From assembly GCF_006345805.1 (NCBI RefSeq), contig NC_042997.1:212102001-212166000 (forward strand): DNA of 64,000 nucleotides. Reading direction: 5' to 3'. The notes under the pieces were generated by a model. It saw nothing but the letters and a program-made list of their open reading frames with translations, was not told the origin of the DNA and did not search any database. This document shows, piece by piece, positions 51,214 through 64,000 of the stretch. Origin of the DNA: Octopus sinensis. Taxonomy: Eukaryota. Each line of letters starts with the position of its first letter. The first letter of the stretch is position 1. The position numbers and the translations under genes are program-made.

Positions 51214-54200
51214 TGTACCATTCAAAACTGTATATATTATACACACACACACACACATACACACACACAGAGGGAGAGAAAGAAAGAAAAACTTAAAGAC
51301 AAGAGAAAATAGAAATGAAAGAATTCTGCTATGGATTGCCATTTGAGGGAACGTAGCTAAAAGACAGACACAGAAAGAAAATAAAACCACAGAGAAAAGA
51401 CATTGGAGTCGATAGCTGGAAATAACAGAATGGTGGAATAAGGAGGATTAAGTAAGAGAAACGACAAGGATGGAATGAAAAAGGTATGTGTGTGGAGGGG
51501 GTGTGTGTGTGTGGAGGGGGGTGTGTGGGTGTGTGTGTGGAGGGTGTGTTCAGCGATAAAAACTGATATTGCAATTTGATGATAAGATCAATTGAACAGA
51601 AGTGTTGCTAGTTATGAGCATTTCATGGTTGTCTCTTTGATTGGGAATCAATGAGGATTCTCCAGCAATGAATAATGGAAGCACCAAAGAATGAGGAAAT
51701 ATGAAAGTATTCATAAAATTCTTTAAATCCAATGTAATGAGGATATTATGACAGTGTAGAGCTATCAAATAATGGACGATTTTAATGTAATAAAGCTGTA
51801 CCTAGAAATGAAGCCTGTTTCTACTTGAGAACCTGGAGATATCTGAATACATGAAAGGAAGAAAATATACCAGAAGCTGACAAAAGAAATGAAATTTAAA
51901 GAGTTCTTACTCTCACCATTCTTTGTTTTGTTAATCTTCACCCCTATCATTCTTGTCATTGCTTAACTTTCAATGTTTTCTCCACCACCCTCATCATACA
52001 CTCCCCTTTTCTAAACAGTCACACACTCCTTCTTCCTTACTTTTATTGTTTTTATTATTTTCATTTCTTGTAATTTACATGACTCTCCTTCAGCTTCATT
52101 ACTGAGTTCATCATCATCTTTTTAATGTGCTGGGTACCATGTAAAGAAAGCACTGGTGACGGTACCACATAGAAAACACTGGTGACGGTACCATGTGAAA
52201 AGCACTGGTGATGTACCTCATGAAAATTACCTGGTACACTCTGTAAAGTGGTTGGCATTAGGAAGAGTATCCAACCGTAGGGACCATGATAAAGCAGACA
52301 ATGGGGCTTGGTGTGGCTCCTGTCAAACTATCCAGCCCATGCCAACATAGAAAACGGATGTCAGATGATGATGATGATGATAATGTTCCATGCTTGCATG
52401 AGCTGGATGAAATTCAGTTAGAATCAATTCTTTCCCAGTTTCCATGTCAGATAATAGCTGTGCCTGGCCAACATTGGAAACAAAGGATGCCACTTGTGTG
52501 ACAGTGACACTCATTTACAACTATCATGCACTTTCAAAACAAGGAGACCATTACACCCACATGATGGTCTTCTTTTAGCTTCAGGGGAAAGAGCAGGACC
52601 TGCTGAACGTGCTCTGCAGTGGAACTGAAGTTATACTTTACATTCCATACAATGACATGTTCAAGTAGTTATCTCCCTCCTGGGCCAGTGATAGCATTTT
52701 CCCTTAATAGTTCATCCCTCCCACCCCTCCATTCGCTGCCATTCTGCTTCTTTTGGTTTCCAATATCATCATTAGATTCCACTTGTTGAAAACTGACATG
52801 TTTTCTTAGTCTTCTTTCTAGATCTATGTGTTTCTTCTGATGCAGATAGAAGAGTCCCTGCTCCTCCTCACCTGTGAACAATACTGCCCCCACCCACCAC
52901 ATGGCTACATTATCAGCTACTACTAGATTTAGATTAGATATGGACCCACCCATCACCTTTTAAAAACACATATCCAGTCTCTAACTGCTTAACTACAAGC
53001 CACCTATTACTTATAACACTCTCTTCATTATAACTGCCCAATTAAAGAAAGCATTAATGCTTCTGTACACAGCAATCTCTGCCATTCATAAACATGTCCT
53101 CTTACTCTGCTTCAAACTTTCTATGCCCAACACCTCTAAATAAATCTATTCCTCCTTCAATCATTTTCCAAATTCCTCCAACCAAGAAAAACTTCTTGAG
53201 GGATATCTTTGACTTCTTGAGGGATATCTTTCTCACTTCACCACTTTCCGAAGTTTCCTTCCTCAGCGACTTCAATGTTCTTCTTACTTTTAGTCTTCTT
53301 CCCATGTCGATCTTCCAGTCTTCCTCCAATCTTCTTCCCACTACAGAAGAGGGGCCTCTTTAAATATGATTGATCGCATCACCTTTAAATATCCCTGTTT
53401 CACTAACATTTATTTAATTTAAACTAAAACTTGAGCCAAATTCAGGGCCAGGACATCAAATATTTTGAACAGCTCCTTAATGCGATGGGTTTCTTGAACC
53501 TTAGAACAAACTACTCTAAATGCTTCCTCTCCATTCATTTTATTTAAGTTAGACTAATTACCAATGCCATAAACGTTTTCTACTCATTTTGGCTTTTTCT
53601 TCTTTTTCGCACATACATCAGTCTCTTGGCTATTGGAGATGATGTCAAATAATTGCTGTGCTGATGATGGATATTGAGGCAGAAATGAATCTACAACTGC
53701 CCTTTTAATATCCAGACAATAAGCCTGTTTTTTTCTTTAACTGCATGTCAGCTTTGGAGAATTCTTTAATCTTGAGATTATCTTCCCTTCTCAAGTGATG
53801 CTGGTCTTAATTGCTATTTGGTAATTATGATTCATTCACAAGAGGTGGGGATGATTTTAATAAATTAAGAACTTATGTTGTATGTGATACACCTGTAATT
53901 GTCTCTCACACATGCGTGCGCGCACACACACACACAGGGGTCATTCACCTGCTTGTAATGAATTCTCTTCAAATATTCAGTCACATTCAATAGTTTGATA
54001 AATGAGACTCTAAAAACTTCAAAAAAATTTCGAAAAGCAAACGTTTTTAGAAACGAGGACACCATCACCTGCCATTTATTATTCCCAGGATTTTAGTGTC
54101 AGGTTGCATAAATCAAAAGTGAACCCTTATTCAGAACCGGTTGCGTACAAACCTTGATGCCATATTGGCAAGAGGACATCGGCAGAATGAAATATGAATG

Positions 54201-55129
54201 TTAACGAACATTCAGAATGATAAATAGTTTTTACTGGATTAAACTACGAATAACAACCAGATCAAAAAAGATCAAAGGACTTTTGATGTACGGACAAAAT
54301 TGCTGAGTTAATGAAATATTTGCTTGATGGGTTCGATAGAAATTATTTTAATTCACAAAAGTTAGCTCACCTGACAGTGGAGATCCCTTGAAAATAAGTG
54401 AATTCCAAAGTTTTATATTCTATTGCAGTTATTTAAAGTATAGGCAATAAAAGAGTTGAAACCAACACAGTTATAAACTAATTCTCAAATACCATTTACT
54501 AACAAATGCTGGTATTTTAACTGGAACGGCTGATTCATTATAAGAATTCCACTATTGTTACTTGTTCATACTTTTACATTCCACAATGGAAAGTTTCCTT
54601 GCCGCCACTCATCCTTCTCCCTCAATTCACTTTGTATGTTGATGACCCACCCAGACACCTTATCACCACTATTTTCTGTTTCTCTGCGCCTCCACCCTGA
54701 TCTTTGAAAATGTAAGGAGCAGTTTCAAATACTGGATAGCATTCTTGTCTTAATCACTGATGAAAATACCTAGAAGCTTTTAACTGGGGCATCTAAAACT
54801 GAGTATTATTATGACAACTAACTGATTGTCCTACATTATATATTTATAGATAAATTCCTCTATTTACATAATATCGAGGTCTCATTCATTCTTTTGTTGT
54901 CATATTATTACTATTAATATATATAAATTGAATAAGTATCACTAACATTATTTAAAATAATGTTAATAGTAAAGTGGCTCCAGAAGGGGCATGTAAAAAC
55001 GCACATGGTGTAAAGTGGTGAATATTTCAGAAATAACATTTTATGTGTCGGGTCCAGCAGATGAGCTTAAGTATCCTTTAGATACACAAAGTGAAATCTA
55101 TAGATCCTGGAATAAATACATCTTTACTT

Positions 55130-56960
55130 ATGTATTCCACACAAGGTCAGCCCGTCTCTGTGACATTTACTGCATCCACCATGTGTATATTTATAGTGAG
55201 TAAATTGTGGTTTAGAGCGACAGCTCTGTTCATAGCAAGTGGCATTTCAAAACCTCCACCTTATATGATACATCATAGAGAGGGCTGGGACCAAAGTTGG
55301 CTTTGGGAGAGCTCTGATCAATTTAGATCAGCTGAAAGCATTTAATAGGGTCGACCATCGCTATTTTGGAAGCTGTCCTGAAAGCAGGTGGTTTCGGACC
55401 CATTTTCAGAGGCTGGATTGCTGCAATGCCCAGCAGCACCTGCTCAGTGGTGAAAGTAATTAGTCACTTATCAGAGCTGTTTGGCGTTGCATGCTCAGGC
55501 TATCAGGGCTGCCTACTGTTGCCTCTTCTGTATGTATTGGCACTTGAGCCACTGCTGTGGAAGTTGAAACAGATAAGGGGTATCCCTTCTGAAATGGGAC
55601 AAGGAAGGGCAGTGTCAGCCTATGTGGGTGAAGTTACCATCATGGTGTTGGATGCCTCCAAAGCGGAGATGGTCAACAACATCCTAAAGGAATATGAGTT
55701 GGTTGCAGGGGCTAAAATCAACAGTTGGTGGGTTTGCAGCTGGGACAATACCGTCGGATGGCATCATTGGACACTGGACCGACAGACCAGATAAATTGCT
55801 CAGGATCTGGTTTGGTCATGACCTTCAGGTAGATAAGAACTGGGATGAGGTGACAAACAGGGCAGCCAGTTTTACCCAGAAATGGGGAGCTGTACCTGAA
55901 AGGTCAACCAGAGGTGGCGAAGGCTTACATCCCCTCTGTTGTCATTTATTGCCTGACTCTCATGCCTTGTCCCAGTTACTGCTCGACCGGGCTGGAGCAT
56001 TTCTAATTTAAATTCTTGTGGAAGGGATGCATTCCAATGGCGAGGTGTTCAGCCTGTTGCCTGCTTCCTCTGAGTGGTGGGTTAGGTATGCCATGGCCCC
56101 TAATGCACAGACACGCTCTTAGGTTATGGCACCTGCAACGATTTCTGGATGGTGAGCATGTGTAAGCTCCATTTGTGAGGCTTGTCTTTCCACAGCTCGT
56201 CTCCTCGATGGAGCTGCCATCCTGGGTGAAGAAAAGACCAAGGCTAGGCACATAGCACCCAGAATGTCGTCAGGCACTCACAGCCCTCTATCAGTTGCGC
56301 AATGGGATCAATCGATGTTCTGCTTTAGAAATTTCTAGAGGATTAGTGGTGAAGAAGTGCAACGACATTCTCAGGAAGAGCCTGGATGCTGATGAAAACA
56401 AACTGGCTAGTCTGTTCTGGAGGACATTCTGGTCGGGAACTCTCATGGATAATTTCCAGGTGTCCTTGGCCTGGCAGTGCTACCAGAGGGTTGGTCGCTA
56501 CCTGTTCGAGATAAACTCTACAGGATCAGATGTGCTGTCAGACGGGCGTGTCCGAGGTGCATGCAAAATGAGGAAACCATTCTGCATGTTCTCATTCAGT
56601 ATCCAGGCATTGCTGACCTGTGGGGTTATGTTGAACAACTGCTGTCACATGTGGAATGGATCTGTCTGTTGGCTGAGTCTCTAGTAATGATTGCCTCACC
56701 ACCCACCTTCAATTGGGCAGGCAAGGTAGTTTTCTTTTGGTGGCTGTGGCAAAGAGGTTGTTTGGTGGACAAGTCTGAAAGGCATGAGGACAGATCCATT
56801 CGTCTTTGGTAGAGCTCTGATTGGCTTCTTCAGGTTTCACTTGAAAAAGAAAGTGAGAGTGAAGAGGGATATGCTGTCCTCGAGTGAGTTTATTGAAAGG
56901 TGGGTGAAAGTTGCAAAAATGGCAAGAGTGGATGGTACCTCTCTAAGTGTAGGCCTGTGA
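55130..56960 (+). mobile_element. Tx1/L1-type LINE, degenerate RT to C-terminal zinc finger
   Basis: LDQ.KAF.RVDHR, GFGPIFRGWI, QGC.L.PLLYVLALEPLL, CPRC...EETILHVL, LKKKVRV.R, RWVKVAKMARV. Confidence 0.85.
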
Positions 56961-57359
56961 GTTGGAGAGAGCACTTGGTCTTGGGGTTTCAGGGAAATCT
57001 CAGACAGTGGGGTTCCTCGATTATCCCTAGAGGTGTTCCTGTATCAGGAGGGCCACATCTCTATCATCCTCCCTGCCACCGTTGTATGCCATGCATGTGT
57101 CCCTTCTTTTTCAAAAGCACCCACTACACTCACAGAGTGGTTGGCGTTAGGAAGGGCATGCAGCTGTAGAAACACTGCCAGATCAGACTGGAGCCTGGTG
57201 CAGTCTCCATGGCTTCACAGACCCCAGTTGAACCATCCAACCCATGCTAGCATGGAAAACGGATGTTAAACGATGATGATGATGATAATTATTATTATTA
57301 TTATTGTTATTACTGTATTAAAGCAACAAGTTGACAGAATCATTAGTAAGTTGAACAAA

Positions 57360-57950
57360 ATGCTGGGTAGCATTTCGTCTGTCTTTGAGTTCAAATTCTG
57401 CCAAGGTCAATTTAACTTTTCATCCTTTGGGGTTGATGTAATTGACTTACCTCTCTGCCCCAAATTGATGGCCAGGTTTCAAAATTTGAAACCCCATTTT
57501 TATTATTGTTATTGTTAGTATTATCATTGTTATTATTTTTATTAGTAAGATAATGAGCTGGCAGAAACGTTAGTATGCCGGGCGAAGTACTTAGTGGTAT
57601 TTCATCTGCCGTTATGTTCTGAGTTCAAATTCCGCCGAGGTTGACTTTGCCTTTCATCCTTTCGGGGTCGATAAATTAAGTACCAGTTCCGCACTGGGGT
57701 CAATATAATTGACCTTAATACCTATGTCTGTCCTTGTTTGTCCCCTCTATGTTTAGCAACTTGTGGGTAATAAAGATATAGGTATTTCATCTATCTTTAT
57801 GTTCCGAGTTCAAGTTCCGCTGAGGTTGACTTTGCCTTCCATTCTTTTCGGGGTTGATAAATCAAGTACCAGTGAAACACTGGGGTCAATGTAATTGATG
57901 AGTCCCTTCCCACCAAATTTCAGGGCTTAAGCTTTTAGTAGAAAGGATTA
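57360..57950 (+). mobile_element. Cluster of a second tRNA-like SINE family. Other copies: ~30480-30790, 34230-34700, 35760-35970, 38420-38620, 38820-39030 (-), 59050-59240 (+)
   Basis: Shared gagttcaaattccgccgaggttgactttgcctttcatcctttcggggtcgataaattaagtaccag body. Confidence 0.75.
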
Positions 57951-59499
57951 CTATTATTGCTGTCTCGTAGCAAATTTATTGAAAGGAGGGCAAATGTCGG
58001 AAGAATAGCCAGTATGAAGGGACCAATTCTGAGGATACACCTGTGACAAAAAAGGTAAATATAAAAGGAGAAAAGGGCTCTCTACCCACTTTTTGACCAG
58101 GCTCTCGTGGCTTTTATGGGTTTTTCCATGAGTAACCTTTCGAAGCGCCTCCCCCTATTGGGAGTTTTTACTTGTTATATTTTCATTGTTATCTTGCATT
58201 TTTACACGGACTTTTCAAACGGACAAAACCCTTTTGTAATTTTCGTCCTCTATTTTGTCCTCACATGTTTTATTTGATTTTTGTCAGCCCTTGTGGCCAA
58301 TAAACAAATTAATTATTATCATTATTATTATTATTAGTAGTAGTAGTAGTAGGATAAGTGTTGATACTACCCCCCCCCCCAATACTACTGCTGTTAATTG
58401 TCTCTGTGACATTATTCTAGACGTAATACGTTTAGACGTATTTCAGTGTGATGCTGAGGTAAAGACGAGAAGAAGCCTGTGCTGCAAGTAGAAACCCTAT
58501 CAAGTGTTGAAGACACCAAAATGGTGATAAGCTGCACAAATAATCTACTGATACCATAGAAATGATGAAAACTGAATCTACGATGAGACTAAGTTGCAGC
58601 CTCTCCATCGACTCCCTCAGTGTAATCTAACACATCAGCTGATCGCTGCTGCTGCTGCTGCTGATGCTACTGCTACTCTCGCTGCATTGAAATTTTGTGT
58701 CACTTAATTTCGGTTCATTTCAAAATATTGATTGGAAAATATTGCACTTCTTCCCCGAAACTGAACCAGATAAGAATGCCATATATATATATGCCAGATG
58801 CATATATATATATATATATAGACTGTACATGCAGAGCCACCTACACACATGTAATAAATACCTGTGTATCTATACGTGTATTTGTGTGTGTGCACACACT
58901 CACACATACATAAATATATACAGATGTACATATAGATATACACAAATATATACATGTATGTAATCTCAATATATATATATATATACGCACGCACACACAT
59001 ACACAAGCAGCCACATCATCATCATCCCTGTTTTAATGCCTGCTTAACGCAGCACGCTGGGCGAAATGTTTAGCATTATTTCGTCTGTCCTTACATGCTG
59101 CGTCCAAATTCCACTGAGGTCAACTTTGCCTTTTATCCTTTCGGGGTCAATAAATTAAGTACCAGTTGCATACTGGGGTCAATCTAAATGACTGTCCCTC
59201 CCCTCCTCACAAAATTTCGGGCCTTGTGCCTGGAATAGAAAAGAAAAGAATGTCTGCCTTTGCCATGCTTGTATGAGACAGCTGGAATTATTGTGACAGA
59301 TATTCTCTGACCAGACGCTCTTCCTATCACCAACACTCGCCCGTTTCCAAGCGATATTTCTTCTTTTGGTTAAACATGTTTTTATGGTAGGTAGGAAACA
59401 CAGGATGCACATACTTATTCACAGCCATCACACACACACACAAGCGCACGCATGCATGCAACAGGTAATGGACCAGACTATTGGATGTTGTTATAGTAG

Positions 59500-60010
59500 T
59501 AATAATAAAATACAATAAGTAACTAAAGAAAATGTGGTGATGTGGAAGGCACAATAACTGATGTTGTCTCTGGCAGCTCAGTCCTGACTAAGAAGGAATT
59601 TATCTACAGACATGACAGAGTTGGGACCTACTGTAAATGATGCCAACACTATGGAATGAAAAGGGGAAAAACATGGTGTAGGCATATCCTGGAAAAGGTC
59701 TCAGCAAATGGTAAAGTGACCATACTCTGGGATAAGCCAACACATACAGATAGAGAAATCAAGGCTAACAGACTGGATATAGTTGTCAGAGATCATGAAG
59801 CAAAAAAATTTCTTCATATCAACAGATGACAATGTATCGCCAAAAGAAATGGAGAAATTCTCAAAATACAAAGATCTCGAAATAGAGGTAACTCGAATGT
59901 GGAGTCTAAAAAGAGAAACAATTCCTATTACAGTATGACAAAAAAAAAACATTCAGACAAATACATAACCAAAACACCAGGACTTATGAATGAGTACCAC
60001 CAGGCACCAC
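59500..60010 (+). mobile_element. R4/Dong-type RLE fragment
   Basis: KCGDVEGTI.., RHDRVG, VTILWD.P.HTDREIKANR.DIVVRD, SKYKDLEIEVTRMW. Confidence 0.75.
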
Positions 60011-61318
60011 ACACATCCTATGTAAACCACTTTCAATAGAGTGAACACAAAAACAGCACAACAAACCACAGCACATGCCCAAGGCACACAGAGCTGTGCT
60101 CGGCAGTGCAGTGAAAGCACGTGATAAAAATAAGACTACTGAATAATAATAATAATAATAATAATGTTGAAGAGTATGTTTGTCTAACTTACTTATCAGC
60201 CCATCCCTGTTGATTAATATGAAAATACCAATGACTTGTCTCCGTCTTTTTAGTCAATCAATAAACTGTTCAGAGGAACAGAATATTTCCTGGAAATTCA
60301 CTGATGAAGATTTTATAAATTGGCTGATGACAGTGATGATGATTATGATGATGATGACGCTGCTGACTGGTGGGGGTGATCATATGATAATTTGGATAAT
60401 GGTAATAACGTGGACGACGATGATGATGACTATGATAAAACTCCACATTTGGTAAACATGATGACATGACAGCAATAGTCTACATTAGGATACTGGGCAC
60501 TTGATCAAAGTGTGTGAATGTGTGTCATGTGTGTGATGTTCTCTTTTGTGACAAAAAAGCAAGCAGGAAAAAGTAGACGCTAAAACAATGATGATGATAA
60601 TATGTCCATCACTTGCAAGCTGGTAAATCTTGGCAGCCTGTTTCATGTCTTCACCAATTCTGTCCTGTGCCTGTGTAGCCACGAGAAGACATGGCTACCT
60701 TGCCAACCATCCCATTCAGTGACCTGATTGCGCACTGAGGACGAAACAGTTGAACGATAGAGCTGCACCGCCATGATGCTACCACACACTTTTAGCCGAC
60801 CAGACTGGAGCAAAGTGAAATGAAATACCATGCCCAAGGACACAACACAACCGTGTGGTTAAGGAGTGCACACAAACCCATGGGGTCTGGGGTTCTGTCC
60901 CTTTGTGCAACACATAAAGTCTTTTACTAAAACTCTGGGTTGCCAACCGATGCCTTGTCAGTGAATTTGGGAGAAAAAAGCTACCATTCGTAAAATTGTA
61001 CAAATTTCACATTTGATGTTACTGAAGAAGAGTTATTTATAAATGCTTCTCAATACAGGACTCCACTATTCTATATTATCTAAGTATATGAACTATATTT
61101 GGAATACAAGACAATATAATGGATTTTACATATGAATATTATGGATTATTGCAGAAGCAGAACAACCAATGAAGTATATATGGATTTAAAGACTCTCATC
61201 AAAAGCAGTAATTTTTAATTTATCTCTCAAGCAAACACCATTTTATAGTTTTACTTCAAATCTTTTAAAAAATACTAAAAAACTACCATTCGATATGTTA
61301 TACAGAATTCAAATTTTA

Positions 61319-61410
61319 TATCTCTGAAGAGCGGAAGAGTTGTCTATAAATGCTTATCAATATAGGATTTAATTATAGGGACAACTCCTCTGCGAAACGG
61401 TCGTAAGATG
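61319..61410 (+). ncRNA. Type I hammerhead ribozyme motif with canonical core and long stem II
   Basis: tatct CTGAAGA gcggaagagttgtc...gacaactcctctgc GAAA CGGTCG TA agatg: 13 of 14 stem II positions pair (one G-U), GUA triplet, 5-bp stem I. Confidence 0.85.
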
Positions 61411-62139
61411 CTTTAAATAATTAATTTAAAACTTTTAAACTGCCATATACATTATATATTTATACTTATACATATTTACATATATTTTTATACATATTTA
61501 TATTTTTAATACAAGTATTTTACACACGTATATATTTTCCTGAAGAATTTACTAATATTAATATAATATATATATATATATAATATATACATACATACAT
61601 ATATACATACATACATATATATATACATACATATATATATACATACATATATATATATACATACATATATTACATACATATATATAATATAACATATATA
61701 TATATACACATATATATATATACATACATACATATATATATATACATTATATATATACATAATCATCATCATCATCATCATTTAGCGTCCGTTCTCCATG
61801 CTAGCATGGGTTGGACGGTTCAACTGGGGTCTGTGAAGCTGGAAGGCTTCATCAGGCCCAGTCAGATCTGGCAGTGTTTCTACGGCTGGATGCCCTTCCT
61901 AACGCCAACCACTCCGTGAGTGTAGTGGGTGCTTTTTACGTGCCACCTGCACGGGGGCCAGACAGAGCTGGCAAACGGCCACGAACGGATGGTGCTTTTA
62001 CGTGTCACCGGCACGGGGCCAGGCGAGGCTGGCAACGGACACGAACGGATGGTGCTTTTACGTGCCACCAACACGGGGGCCAGACAGAGCTGGCAAACGG
62101 CCACGAAACGGATGGTGCTTTTACGTGTCACCGGCACGT

Positions 62140-64000
<1,861 letters not shown>

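Noticed and set aside
60725-60750. CTGAGGA C GAAA motif
   Set aside because: No stem II or stem I.

Overview
AT-rich, repeat-dense animal DNA, most likely octopus (inferred from the SINE/LINE repertoire and TA/CATA/ATT microsatellites; no database search was possible). Positions 1-13923 are the end of a ~6.2 kb tandem array: the tail of one unit plus two full units (1469-7730, 7731-13923). Each full unit holds an intronless dCMP deaminase (DCTD-like) gene, intact at 4955-5614 and disrupted at 11233-11853. Each unit also holds two different minus-strand hammerhead ribozyme motifs, a Helitron helicase fragment, MITEs, SINEs and a Tx1/L1 fragment. By manual alignment the two deaminase copies differ at ~28 amino-acid-changing codons but only 1 purely synonymous codon, while their flanks differ by ~1%, which suggests strong diversifying selection. 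The remaining 50 kb is transposon debris: R4/Dong-type, Tx1/L1, RTE and Penelope-like retroelements, piggyBac-type MITEs including a 9-copy MITE-derived satellite, long foldback elements, a 66-bp SINE-derived minisatellite and several more hammerheads. No multi-exon host gene was recognised.
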